In this document: positions 25,441-38,497 of the stretch, piece after piece
Layout: each line of letters opens with the position of its first letter
Numbering within the stretch: the stretch's first letter is position 1
NCBI GenBank assembly: GCA_964016885.1
Contig: OZ024743.1
Span: forward strand, 187,116,001-187,180,000
Length of the DNA: 64,000 nucleotides
Reading direction: 5' to 3'
Source: Eledone cirrhosa
Lineage: Eukaryota
The notes under the pieces: generated by a model
What the model saw: only the letters and a program-made list of their open reading frames with translations
Database searches by the model: none
What the model was told of the DNA's origin: nothing
Position numbers and translations under genes: made by a program

Positions 25441-27389
25441 CCCCCCCCCCGAACACTGTGTCTGCTAACGTCCGAGTCGATTCTCCTGGCTAGGAACAGG
25501 CTCCTATCCACCCCCATGTGGTGCATGTCATGCAACCCCTTCAGGTCTAACTCGGTCAGCCGACACACGGCAGCTATCTCATCCTCTACCTCCTCCGGCG
25601 CTTCCATCCAGGCTTTCTTCACTCTAGTTAAGATGTCCGCCCTATTTTTCTCTAAGGGCACGAACACTACGCTCAGCTTCAGGTCGAACTCGGTGGCCAG
25701 CTCTCCTAACGTTCCCAGGCGGCGCTTTATCAGCATCTCCGCCGCGCCTCTCGTTCGCACTCTCTTCTCACTGGTGAGCACTGATCTTACCCATCCGAGT
25801 ACGGTAGCCGAGTCGGTGCGTATCTCGATGGTGCGCAGCCCCCACCGCAGGGCGAGGTTCACCCCTCTCAACACCACGTCCAGCTCGGCCACATTGATGT
25901 GGCTGAAGTCGTCCTTCTTTCTAAGCCAGGCTGCATCCTCGACCTCAACACCTCCTATCTCCAACGTGACACCCAGCGCTATGCTGCTGGCATCGCACCA
26001 TACGGTTCCGCTCCGTGATTTGGGAACGTACCAGCGTCCCCGCACTGGGTCGTCGGCCTTCACCCTCCCCACGATCTCCTGCATCATGGCCACCGTTCTC
26101 TCTCCCACTCTTTCACTCCAAGTCACCCCTCCCGCTCGTCTCTTGACATAGCTGCATGCCGTCCGTAGCCACCCAGCGATCGGGTAGTGACCCACCAGCT
26201 TTCCACACACCGAGAAAAGCTCCCGCCTATTCATACTTGGGCCCAGTTCCGGAACTTCGTTTCCCCTCTGGAACACCAAAACGCCCGTCTTATCTCGCCG
26301 TAGCCTAAGTCCCAGCGCGGCTCCTCCCTCCAATGCTTCTGATGGCTTCGCAGTCAGTCCATACCTCCGCAAATGGCTCGTGACCTCCGCCGTCGACACC
26401 ACCGACTCGTCCACTAGGATGTCGTCAATGTAGGAGTTAGTAGCCCTCTTTATCTTGTCGGCCCTCCCCAGAGCGGTCTTGAGGACCGCCACCATGATCT
26501 TCGGTGCGGAGCTCAGCCCGAAACCGAGCCTGGTCAGGCAATATGTCCGGCCCTTATACCTGACCAGCTGATACCGCCACAGCTTCTCATCTATATGCAA
26601 CTGCAAGTAAGCCGACTTTAGATCCACGATCGCTGAACCCCCCGTCATGCGTCTCCACTCACGCAGGGTTTCCCCACAGACATCCGTGACCTCGCCACCC
26701 GTGTGGAATGACACGTGCTCGTTCAGCTCTCGATAGTCCAGCACCGGCCTCACCTTGCTCTTCGTGGGTTGCACCACCGCCATCAACGGCAATACTCCGC
26801 ACTTCACCTCCTCCTTCCAGGGAAGCACTATGCCCTCTTCGATCCATCTCTCTACTTCTCGCTCGAACTCGCCCCTAGCGTTTCCCTTCAATGTGTGTTG
26901 ATAGCAGCCCACTTTGGTCTTCAGTGTTGGTGGTTCTCCCTTCCAGTACCACTCAACAACCCATCGCTGCCCATCAAACACGGCCTTGAAGTCCTTGTCC
27001 TGTTCAGTGTAAGCGGGGTATTGCTCCTCGTGGGCCTTCTGGTTCTCATGACGTGCACTCACATCGCATACCGATGCAGCGGCGCCAAACGACACACCGA
27101 TATTGTTCACCGTGACGCCCCCTAGACGGCCAATCGCATCCATGCCCATAACCACGCCGATCCCATCCACCACACTGTCTACCACGATGGCGGAAAGCCT
27201 TATCGTCCTTCCCCGTACCGCTATTTCGATCTCGCTGCGATCTCGGCATTCAATTTTCCTGCCGTCGACTGCCCTTATGCTGCTCTTCCCTCCCCACCTC
27301 TGCGCCACCCCCGCGGTCACCAGTGTCGTCGTACAGCCCGTATCCACGAGGGCTCGCTGTGGCTTCCCCCTCACGAAGACTTCCACCAC
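25347..27389 (-). CDS. pol: pol polyprotein (aspartic protease, RT, RNase H, start of integrase)
   Basis: LVDTGC (PR); RPVLDYRELN, DLKSAYLQ, LGFGLSSAP, YIDDIL (RT); WCDAS..HINVAEL..RTDS (RNase H). Confidence 0.93.
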   Translation of the reverse strand: MVEVFVRGKPQRALVDTGCTTTLVTAGVAQRWGGKSSIRAVDGRKIECRDRSEIEIAVRGRTIRLSAIVVDSVVDGIGVVMGMDAIGRLGGVTVNNIGVSFGAAASVCDVSARHENQKAHEEQYPAYTEQDKDFKAVFDGQRWVVEWYWKGEPPTLKTKVGCYQHTLKGNARGEFEREVERWIEEGIVLPWKEEVKCGVLPLMAVVQPTKSKVRPVLDYRELNEHVSFHTGGEVTDVCGETLREWRRMTGGSAIVDLKSAYLQLHIDEKLWRYQLVRYKGRTYCLTRLGFGLSSAPKIMVAVLKTALGRADKIKRATNSYIDDILVDESVVSTAEVTSHLRRYGLTAKPSEALEGGAALGLRLRRDKTGVLVFQRGNEVPELGPSMNRRELFSVCGKLVGHYPIAGWLRTACSYVKRRAGGVTWSERVGERTVAMMQEIVGRVKADDPVRGRWYVPKSRSGTVWCDASSIALGVTLEIGGVEVEDAAWLRKKDDFSHINVAELDVVLRGVNLALRWGLRTIEIRTDSATVLGWVRSVLTSEKRVRTRGAAEMLIKRRLGTLGELATEFDLKLSVVFVPLEKNRADILTRVKKAWMEAPEEVEDEIAAVCRLTELDLKGLHDMHHMGVDRSLFLARRIDSDVSRHSVRGGGLEAASDVSPLIPPRVYTKREASRWIATGSD

Positions 27390-27394
27390 GGCCA

Positions 27395-27452
27395 GCGCCG
27401 CTACTCGTAAGGGGCAACTACCGGCGCAGTAGTTCCCCTTGGATCGTTTCCC
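27395..27452 (-). promoter_or_regulatory. Putative -1 ribosomal frameshift signal (G GGA AAC plus pseudoknot)
   Basis: The slippery heptamer at 27446-27452 is in the gag frame and the -1 frame is open into pol. A stem-loop lies 5 nt downstream and its loop is complementary to downstream CGGCGC. Confidence 0.85.
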
Positions 27453-28162
27453 TGGTCGCAGTTAGTAGCGATGTGGCCTGGTCGCTTACACCGGTAGCAA
27501 ATTATATCCGGCTTCGACTCTCTACAGTCTCTAGCCATATGCGGGCCGTGACACCTAAAACAGCGGCCCCTAAATTCTCGCGAACGGCCGCGTGCCGAGG
27601 TTGCCTCCCTTTGACCATTTCGCTGCCAGGTGTCCTGAGCCTCCGTAGTCGCTATCGCCGCGACACTTTTTTTGGCATCTTCCGCTATGATCCGGGCTTG
27701 TTCCACCAGTGAACGCATTTCCATCTCCTTGTACCCCGGGACTTGCTGCAGTTTCACCGCTATGTCGTCCGGAAATCCATTGATGAATGCCAACCGCACC
27801 GTGCGTTCGCATTCCGCCTGGTAACCGGCCAACATAGCCAACCGCCTTATTTCCGCTGTGAAAATGTCGACGCGCTCACCATTCCACCTGATTCTCGCCA
27901 GCTTAGCAAAAGCCGCCAACGGTCCCTCGGCGAATGCATCCATCAGACGCCTCTCAATCTTCTGCACATCTCTTTGGCTGTGCTCGTCCAACTCAAGGAA
28001 GAGTACCAACGCGTCGCCCTCGAAGTACAATGCAATGAGACCGGCCACGTCTTCTATCTTCTGCAAGCCTGCGACCAGCCGAACCTTCCGCAGCCAAGCG
28101 ACAACATCACCTTCCCCGGTGAATTGCCTGATAGCTTCGTTCATCCGTAGTCTTGTCGACAT
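27401..28162 (-). CDS. gag: gag with two CCHC zinc knuckles
   Basis: 253-aa ORF with CFRCHGPHMARDC and CYRCKRPGHIATNC. Confidence 0.93.
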   Translation of the reverse strand: MSTRLRMNEAIRQFTGEGDVVAWLRKVRLVAGLQKIEDVAGLIALYFEGDALVLFLELDEHSQRDVQKIERRLMDAFAEGPLAAFAKLARIRWNGERVDIFTAEIRRLAMLAGYQAECERTVRLAFINGFPDDIAVKLQQVPGYKEMEMRSLVEQARIIAEDAKKSVAAIATTEAQDTWQRNGQREATSARGRSREFRGRCFRCHGPHMARDCRESKPDIICYRCKRPGHIATNCDQGNDPRGTTAPVVAPYE

Positions 28163-28235
28163 CTTCTGATTTGTTTTGCGGAAGTGTTTTCTTTTTCTTT
28201 TTTTTTTTTTTTTTTTTTCAGTCGCCGAAATAGCT

Positions 28236-28523
28236 TGTTGTTAGAAAAAGCTATCTCACTTACCGCTTTTCACAGGCGCCGCTAAATTCCACTGCAGGTA
28301 CTCCTCTTCCACGTGCGTCCGACTGCTTAACACCAGGAGCTGCCCCAAACTCGCGTCCACACCGTATGCTGGTCACCACTAGAGAGAGGCCCTCTCCTGG
28401 CCTTTCCGGTCGAGCATCCTTCCGGTCAAAGACCCCTTCCGGTCGAGCACTCAAAAACCCCTTCCGGTCGAGCACCCCCCCCCCCACCCGCCTCCGGCCA
28501 CCGCACGCCACACCATACCCACA
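28236..28523 (-). repeat. 5' LTR with tandem ETS-like ACCGGAA(G) motifs
   Basis: Four GACCGGAA copies on the minus strand, against two in the 3' LTR. Confidence 0.93.
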
Positions 28524-28629
28524 GTGTGTGCCCTACTTCTTTGGTGAAAAAAATAAACCAGTAACACCCGGTGTTATTGTTGCTAACCATTGGCAGGGGC
28601 GTTTTCAATAGATCCGTTCTGACTCTTTT

Positions 28630-28860
28630 TCACCAATTAAGCTTTTTCTGGCAGTGGAGACTTCTGGTGTACTCGGCCCCAGGGCTACCTGCTTACTCAC
28701 TACCATAGGCACTGACCTAGCCAGCCGCAGGTGTGAGCCCGCGAGTTGGACTAGCTTTTTCAGCGTGTCTCCCTTGCCGTCCTCCAGGGAAACGCCTTCT
28801 CCATTCTGTCCACCGGGGCTGTGGGTGGGCCCCATCGCGTACTGTTGTAGTTGTTGTAGA
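28630..28860 (+). mobile_element. CRE-like 3' fragment
   Basis: VETSGVLGPRATCLLTTIGTDLASRRCEP. The 3' end GTTGTAGTTGTTGTA is shared with 56746-56761. Confidence 0.82.
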
Positions 28861-30817
28861 AGAAACAGGAAGACAACAACTGGAAAGTTTGATTTTCTAC
28901 CAAAAGCTAAATATAGGGGCTGACCTTTAGCTAAGAACTTCTACTCTAGTTGCCTTACTAAAAAGAAGGAATCTGTGTTGTTCCTTCTAGGCATAAAGCT
29001 GAACTGAATCTCATCTAATTTGACTCTTTTCCAATTAGTTGTGTTAGAACTCTTTCTGTCACGTTCAAAACTTGATCTGTTAGTTTTATTCCCCTTTAGT
29101 TGCTCATTTCTAGAGCATCATCTGATGGTGTTAATAATTAATTGAATAGAAATTGGCTTTGTACTCAAGAAACCTCATAATGAATGAAGGTTTTAAGAGC
29201 ACTCAAGGTAGGAATTAGCAGTTGTAAAATAATTCAGAATTTATCTGAATGTTCTGTGGATTTATTAAACATAGCTGGATATTAGTGTACAAGGGAGCCA
29301 AAAGTAGAATAGTTTTTATTTTACCTTTATTTTCTATTACTCTTGAGAGACAAAAGTAACTATTGAAAATAACTGCTAGTAAATATTTATTTATCACATA
29401 GACTTGTGCAATAAACAAAGTCAGCTGCTTTACGTAATGAGATCAGAGTTATACATTAATGATTGGTCAGCTTAGGAAAATCTTGTGATTATTCCCAACA
29501 GTTACCAAAACTGAGATACTGTAACTTAAAGTGTCCTGAAAAGAAACAAAATTCAATGTCTGCAGAAAGATTATCAACCTTGTGGTAATTGTATGTACAC
29601 ATAAAACACAATCATTGTGTATCTGGCACATTTATTATTTCTCTTTCCTTTGATATATATTGACAAGGACATATGTTTTCTTAAATTTGTTCTAAACTAT
29701 TAGATATATGTATATCACCATCACCCTCATCATCGTTGTTTTACATCTATTTTTCCTGTTTGCATGGATTAGATGGGTTGTCATACTCTAAGGTTAGGTT
29801 AGACAACTGTGTCTTGCACATATATTCCATTTTAGCATCGTTTCTATGGTTGGATGCCATTCCTCATGCCAACCACTTTACAGCATGTCCTTAGTTCATT
29901 TTCTCATGGCACCACCACTACCATATCACAGGTTGGATTGGGAGGTTAAGGTGCCAGAACTATCATTTCCAGCGTGCATACATTTCCTCATGGAACCAGC
30001 CCTACTACATTTAACATATGTATATGTAAGCAAGAATAAATATACATACCAGAATATATGTAGCACTGTATACTTATAGGTGTCTTCTTGTATTCATTTA
30101 CTAGTTTCAGTCACCAAACCCAGTACTTATTTCATAGATTGTTAATTATCAAATCTCTAAACTACATTTTTTTAACGAAACATGGGCACATATACATATA
30201 AACACACATACATCAATATTGTGTACAGTAGCATTTAATGCAAAACCATGTGGTTATGAAGTGAACATGTTAACTTCACAGATATACTTGTGCCATATAT
30301 AGTATGTATAGTATGTATAGTATATACCATGTTTAATTAAAAACATTTAGAAAACCATACGCTATCAGTTTTAAAATAGTGACTATGTCACTTACTTCTT
30401 TTCGGCAAAAGAGGGGAGAGAAGCTGACAGTCTGTTTCACTCTGGATGGTGTTCATCAGAACCACGTACTCCCCTGCTTCCACCGAAAATTATAGAAGCT
30501 GGATTCTTATAGAGTTCCAGTAATAATCATGAGCTGATTATACAAGTATATATATATGTATATACTTTTTTTCCCTTTCTGTTTAATTTATTTTTTCTCT
30601 CTCATTTTTTCCTTCCCCAATAACTTACAAAAGTTATTGACGCACTGGAGATAGACATATTGTCTTTATGCATTGAAATATCCGAGACTTCCAGCAGACA
30701 ACTGAAGAGTGGACCTGTCCCTTGTTTGTGCTTTCCTATTTCTGAATACATTTTATCAAGTAACCACTCAGCCCCTCGTTTCTTCTAAATTTATATATAT
30801 ATATATATATATATACG

Positions 30818-31582
<765 letters not shown>

Positions 31583-31967
31583 ATATATATTGTTATACTT
31601 TGAAACACACGTACCAGTTGCTTTCACTCCAATTTATTATAAATTAAATTTATAAATTTAAGAAATTTGTAAATTTCCGGTTGGTTGGTTGGTTGGTTCC
31701 ACAACCGGACGGTTGTTCATATATTGTCAAAGTTCTTTCGTCACACATTCTGTGATCTCTTCAGTGACTAGGGATTCTTTTTTTTGTTTTGTGCCTCTCC
31801 TTGTTCTGTCCTACGCCATCTTGTTTTTGTGTGTGTTGTGTGCTTAGTTTCCGCATGTGTTACATCCGGGTGTCCGTGTGTGTTTTTATTTGTTTATTTA
31901 TTTGTTTATTTACATGTTACTAGTTGGTTGTTTGTTCTATGTGTGTGTGTGTGTTTTCATTTTGTCC

Positions 31968-32237
31968 TTAATTGTAAGTTGTGATGTTGCTATTCCATTC
32001 ATGTTTTCTATTTAATTTTGGTTGGAGTTCATTTATGTTTATTGCCTCTGTGATTTGTCTAAACATTGTGTCTTTTCTGTGTGTAGATTTTATTTTTATT
32101 TCTATGTTCTCTAATTTTCCCTTATGTTCTATTTTAGCTTGTTGGTGGAGTACTGATGATTCTTTTCTATCTTGAAATTCTTGCCAGTGTTCATTTAATC
32201 GTTTTCCTATACTACGAGCTGTCTCACCTATGTACAC
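31968..32237 (-). pseudogene. GIY-YIG endonuclease fragment (inverted arm)
   Basis: YIGETARSIGKRLNEH..RQITEAINI..PKLNRKHEW. Confidence 0.9.
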
Positions 32238-32459
32238 TATATTCTTATCTTTACATTGTCCCTCAGTACATCTTATGCTATATACTATGTTTCTAGTTTT
32301 GCAGTTAATATGGGGGCTTAGTTTACAAATTATGCATTTCTTATCTATACAGGGTGGTCTTTGAAAAGGGTATGTATTATTAATAAGTGTTTTTATGGAG
32401 GTACTTGGTCTTTCTACTCACTTAATATTTAGTTTAAGTTTATCTAGGGCCCTTCTAAA

Positions 32460-33465
32460 TTACTATAGACTACTCAAGCAAACACCCCAACCATCGATTA
32501 CCTGTACTAGACACAGAGCTCTGGTTAGAAACCATTAATAACAAAAACAAATCCTCCATTCCCATTATGCCAAACCCATGACTTCCAAATACCTGATCCA
32601 CCAAAACTCAGCTGTTTCTGATCACACCAAAATGAACATACTGATTGCGGATTTAGTACGGGTGATGAGGAACGTGTCCTGCATGTGCAACCCCAAAGAA
32701 CTAGACAGACACATACAACACTTCACCCACCATATGCAGTTCTCTGGTTACAATCAGATAGATAAAATCAGAGTATATAGAGGAGCCAGAACCAAATGGG
32801 AAAAAATGGTAAATAATGATACAAATGGGACCTGCCCTTTGTATAGGAGCAAATTTTGGAATAGAATAGAACGAACTAGGAAGAAGGTTAATAGAATAAA
32901 CTCATGGTATGATAGCAATAAATACCAGAGTGTAATGTTCATCAATACAACCCCTAGAGGTAAATTAGATTACAAATTTAGAAGGGCCCTAGATAAACTT
33001 AAACTAAATATTAAGATAGTGGAAAGACCAGATACCTCCATAAAAACAGTTATTAGTAATACATACACTTTTCAAAGACGGCCCTGTATAGATAAGAAAT
33101 GCATAATCTGTAAACTAAGCCCCCATATTAACTGCAAAATTAGAAACAAAGTATATAGCATAAGATGTACTGAGGGACAATGTAAAGATGTAAAGATAAG
33201 AATATAGTGAGACAGCTCGTAGTATAGGAAAACGATTAAATGAACACTGGCGAGAACTTCAAGATAGAAAAGAATCATCAGTACTCCACCAACATGCTAA
33301 AATAGAACATAAGGGAAAATTAGAGAACATAGAAATAAAAATAAAATCTACACACAGAAAAGACGCAATGTTTAAACAAATCAGAGAGGCAATAAACATA
33401 AATGAACTCCAACCAAAATTAAATAGAAAACATGAATGGAATAGCAACATCACAACTTACAATTA
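32460..33465 (+). pseudogene. PLE RT end/thumb plus GIY-YIG, frameshifted
   Basis: ITIDYSSKHPNHRLPVLDTELW..HYAKPMTS..QFSGY..PCIDKKCIIC..C..VYSIRC. A 10-nt deletion relative to the left arm removes YIG. Confidence 0.9.
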
Positions 33466-33657
33466 AGGACAAAATGAAAACACACACACATAGAACAAGC
33501 AACCAACCAGTAACATGTAAATAAACAAATAAATAAACAAATAAAAACACAGACACCTGGATGTAACACAAGCGCAAACTAAGCAGACAACACACACAAA
33601 AACAAGATGGCGTAGGACAGAACAAGGAGAGGCACAAAACAAAGACAAGAATCCCCA

Positions 33658-33700
33658 GTCACTGAAGAGATCACAGAATGTGTGACGAAAGAACTTTGAC
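33658..33700 (+). ncRNA. Hammerhead-like motif (inverted copy at 31726-31768)
   Basis: GTCA-CTGAAGA-GATCACA/TGTGAC-GAAA-GAAC-TT-TGAC. Confidence 0.6.
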
Positions 33701-33904
33701 AATATATGGTCCGGTTGTGGAACCAACCAACCAACCAACCGGAAATTTACAAATTTCTTAAATTTATAAATTTAATTTATAATAAATTGGAATGAAAGCA
33801 GCTGGTACGTGTGTTTCTTATTGGCAACATGACCCTCCCAAAGTATAACAATATCGGTTTCAACACACGTTTTCAGATAAAGAATCTTGCTAAACAAATT
33901 GAGA

Positions 33905-33948
<44 letters not shown>

Positions 33949-34528
33949 ATGCACACCTGCCCCAGCACCAGCACTACCACTGCTACTGCCTTCTTCAGTG
34001 TCGTGTAATATATATATGTGATCATCATCATCAATGTTTAACGTCCATTTTTCTAAGCTAGCATGGGCTAGAAGATGTGGGGCTATTCTTGTATTTGTTC
34101 TGACTCTTTATAGTCTAATTTCAAATCATGCCGAATTCACCTTTGCCTTACATCCTTCTGAGTTGATAAAATTATGTACCCGTCAAATACTGGGTTGATT
34201 TAATCAAGTTTTTTCCTCACCAAAAATTTCTGGCCTTTTGCCTAAATATTATATTTTGTTTTTTATTGAGAATATACATATAATTACAGTGAAAGGAAGG
34301 GAAGAGCAGAAGGGAGTGACAGACTCTACACTCTAAATTAGAAATCAATATAAGAATTCTCATTTCCCCACAAGCTTGATGAAGCTTTATATGTTTTGAT
34401 ACATCAGAATTCTCATCTAAAAGCCAAATGGAGGTCATTAAAATATAAGGACTCATATCACCCCACAAACGTAGGGAAAGGTTTGGGGAAATTCTTCTCA
34501 TAAGCAAAATTAATATATTTGACATATA

Positions 34529-35040
34529 CGGCATTTCCTTGAGGCTCGGCCTCCGGATCTGCGATCCACACCAATGTCACTGCGGATCCATTGTGGACTC
34601 TTTCCTGTCGGCCACAGTGCCGGCCGCCTTCCATGCCATGCTGCCCTCAATGAGGTCATAAAGCATGGCTTGGATGCTGCGGGCTTCCCTTCCCAGCTTG
34701 AGCCGGTGGGGCTGGACTGAGGGGATGGCAAAAGGCCAGATGATATGACCATCTTCCTGTTCCACAGTGGCAAACCCCTCATCTGGGATGCTACTTGCAC
34801 CGACATTTTCTGCAGCCGCAACCTGGTGCAGTCTGCCACTAACCCAGGTTCTGCTGCACGTCGGGCTGAGGAGGCCAAGCTCCTCAAATACTGGTCGCTC
34901 TCCAACAGGCTACCTCGCTACTCACCACCACAGGTGCTGAGCTGGCCAGCCGCAGGTGTGAGCCCCGCGATTTGGATTGGTTTTTCCAGCACGTCTCCCT
35001 TGCCGTCCTCTGTGGGAACGCCTTCTCCATCCTGTCTGGG
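34529..35040 (+). mobile_element. CRE-like 3' fragment with internal deletions
   Basis: [48 protein letters not shown]. Confidence 0.85.
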
Positions 35041-37940
35041 GGGGGGGGGGCATTGCGTAACATTCCATATTTAGGTATCCAAACCACATATATATTGTTG
35101 AACGGTTTGGAAAGTATGAGGTGACATTACAATATAAAACTTGCTGGAATTCAAACCTAACACTAATCAAGGAGCTACTAGTATTTATTAGATATTTATT
35201 TGCTTTCTTTCTCAATTCAAATGTCTTTAATTATCACATTGTACAAATTAGTAGACACAGTTTAATCTTTCAGTGTTGCTGCATATCTTCAATATATGTG
35301 ACAAAGCTTTACTTTCATTGTGAATTTGATGCAATCACCCTACTCTTTCATTTGTATGGTAACAGAAATTTTAATAGGGATAGTAGTGTACTTAACATCA
35401 TGGTATTCTACGTTTGTGCAGTCATTTGGCCAATTACACAAGTGGACGGGTCATTTGTAGATAAGGCAATCATATAAATGATAGATTAAATTGAGAGAGA
35501 AGAATGTGAAGAACAATGATTTGGTTGCTATTTTCAGCAGTTTAGAAGATTGTGAAAGGGTTCTCTTATTGGCTTATACAGTTTCAGGTTATGCATTGTG
35601 TTGATGATTTGTTTCAACATGTCTAGCAAATTTCATTTTAAGAAAACAGCTGTTTACATGAAATGAAAAATTATTTGTGTTTTTCTTCATGAACATAACT
35701 AACGTGTTCATTTTTCTGTTTTATTGAATTAGAGAAGTTGACGGATCACATTGTCAGTAAAAGCCAAATATAGATATGAAATTTTGTATGTAATTTTCAT
35801 GTGACAATGGAAAACTGCTGAAAAAATTAAAACTGTTTATATCAAATTCATATAATTTTGGTTTAATGCTAAGATAAATTTGCAGCATAATCTGAAAGCA
35901 AATTGATCTACAAATTCTTGTTTATTGACAAGATGGTGTCAATCGTCCATGAAATTACTTCTAATTAATTCCATGATGATTTTCAAACGAAAATTGTTTA
36001 TGCATTGTTTGATACTGTTGTAAATTGAAAACATTTAGTTTCTTGCAAGTCTGCAATTATTAGCAATATAATTTTTATCTCTTTGCGTCGGTTGTATTTA
36101 TGTTACCAGTAACACATCTTCTGATGCAGTTACTTTCTGAAAAGAAAGTGATTGATAGCAGTAACTGATAAACTGATTCAAAACCAGAACTAAACCAACC
36201 GTCTATACATATGTATCCAGAAGAAAATAAACTATAATGCTTGCAGTTACTCAATAATAGTTAGTTCCTATTAAAAGTTTTATCTTTAATGTTAAACTTA
36301 TATAAATGAAATTATTATAGCAAAATATTATTCAAAACTTTACTTGTATAACGATACCTGATGGTAGAACATTTATTTTGGCTTTCAATATTTTCAATCT
36401 ACATCTTTTTTCACTACAGTTTACAGAAATACACATTGTTAAAGTAGAGAACTACTTCTATGTGCTTCAGACTAAATACTCTTTTTTTTTTTATTGTATT
36501 GTTGTCTCAAATATATGAAGAAATAAATAAAGGCAATGTTGACAAATTGGATTTAAGTTCTGTATCCATATTAAATATTGTCCTAAACAACACAACTTGA
36601 TGGAAAGATATTTTAGGAAACATAAAAACGTATTTAGTAAAAGGTGGGGAAAAATATTTGGTAAAGAAATCTATAGATTGAATTAGCAGTCAGAAAGTGA
36701 GAAAAACTATTTCAGCTATGTAAAAATAGGTAGCGGGGGGTGTGGGGGGTGTTCATTAAAAAACTGTTTACTTAAAATACTATCTTACAATTTGAGTTGT
36801 CTAAAAGAAAAAAACAACTTTTATTTCCAAAGTTTACCTATTTACACCGATGATGCAGTAAATAATAGTAATTTCTAATATAGACAGAAAGCCAAAATTT
36901 TGTGAGGAAGGAGTTGAGTAAATTAACCCTAGTATTTAACTGATATTTTATTTTATCGACCTAGTGAGGAGAAAAAACAATGTTGACTTTGCATTCATAA
37001 AGTAAAGAACTGCAACCAAATAGGGCAAATCATTTTGTCAAATACTGTAAAAATTCTGCCAATCCACATTTAAGTAAGGAATAATAAAGGAAAATGATAT
37101 ATTTTTTTTTAAATGTCTAAATATTTTATACATTTTAGGAAAGTCTTAAGCCCTATCATTTTAGTTTATATATTTATAATATGAGACCTCCAAACTGAAT
37201 CTGTGGGTAAAAGAATGCCTATTTCTACATAAAAAATATGTTGATTTCAGAATTGAATGACAAAATTTAATTATAGAAAATTGATGGAAAATGACTTGGA
37301 GAGATTGCTATGAAAATTTGGTACATTTTGTAGAAGGTTTGAATAATAATAATAAAAAAAATAAATTGAAAGAAAAAGTTTCTATAAAGTTTCTGTATTA
37401 ATTCAATGCACACTTTTTCTTTTAGATTGAATGTGTATTTTGATATTGTAGCAAAACATTTGATAGTTTAATATACAAAATAGTATTCATATATCATAAA
37501 TAAATTTCTTTCGTCTTCTTACCTGTGGTCGACTTTAAAGATATCGTTTTTGTCACTTGATGATTTCTGTGAAGATAATTAGCCAGGTATTTGAAATATA
37601 TAATAGTGATATAACACATAGATTGCATACTATAAACTTTACAAGCAAACAAGTCAGCACAACTTAAGAATTCTATTGTTATTGTGTTTAAACGATTTGA
37701 ATTTAATAGCAAAGCTAGGTGAGTAATAGGGAAGCAAGAGTGTATTTCCTGTCATAGAAACTATACTATAGTTCTTTTCCACAGTTTACTGAAATACGTA
37801 TAGGAACAACACTTTTATATGTTGAGTAGTAAGTATTGAGAAGAGTGTTGAATGTGAGCGTGTATTAAAGAGTTTATTTAAATAACTATTTTATTTAGGT
37901 AATAATATACATTATCATCATCTTCTTCATTATTTAACAT

Positions 37941-38149
37941 GGATTGGCAGTATCTGTAGAACATTGGACAATATGCTTTGCAGCATAGAGTTACGCCCCT
38001 TTACAATCTGAGTTCAAATCCTGCCGAGGTTATCTTTGCCTTTCATCCTTACAGGATCGATAAAATAAAGCAGCAGTAATGCACCAGGGTCAATTTAATC
38101 GACTTTCCCTCTTCTTCAAATTGCTGCCCTTATGCCTAAAGTAAAAACA
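37941..38149 (+). mobile_element. SINE with TSD
   Basis: Family core. ATTATTTAACAT on both flanks. Confidence 0.85.
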
Positions 38150-38497
38150 ATTATTTAACATCCCTATTCCTTGCAAAAGGAGTGATGTGAAGGAGAAAAG
38201 GGGTGAGAAATTATATCATGGGTGTATGACATTTGTGGCTGGATTTAACATAGAAATATTTATTTGTACCACTAATGATACACAGTGTCCATCATCAAAA
38301 TAATTATTGTCTATTCACTTTGTCCACCAAACTGTACAGAGGTACTCTGATGCTGGTAAAATTTACCACTTTTTTTTTCTCATTTTGATTATATATTTTT
38401 TCATAAGGTTCCTAGTAATAATTAATTGATTATATGTATGTAATTCTATTTAATCTCATATATTTGTTATATATGTGATATTATTTATACAACTGAG

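Larger units (their letters stand above)
24328..28523 (-). mobile_element. Full-length compact Ty3/Gypsy-type LTR retrotransposon (4.2 kb)
   Basis: TG..CA LTRs at 28236-28523 and 24328-24578. 5-bp TSD GTGTG. Polypurine tract GAGATGAGGGGGGCG next to the 3' LTR. Domain order gag-PR-RT-RH-IN. Confidence 0.96.
31587..33907. mobile_element. Penelope-like element with approximately 0.87-kb inverted arms (31587-32461 / 32975-33854) and a ~53-nt right tail
   Basis: The arms align. GIY-YIG in both orientations. (TA)n on both sides. Confidence 0.92.

Noticed and set aside
24820-28169. Plus-strand ORFs inside the LTR element (e.g. 25390-26151)
   Set aside because: They are antisense shadows of the GC-rich gag/pol and show no recognisable motifs.
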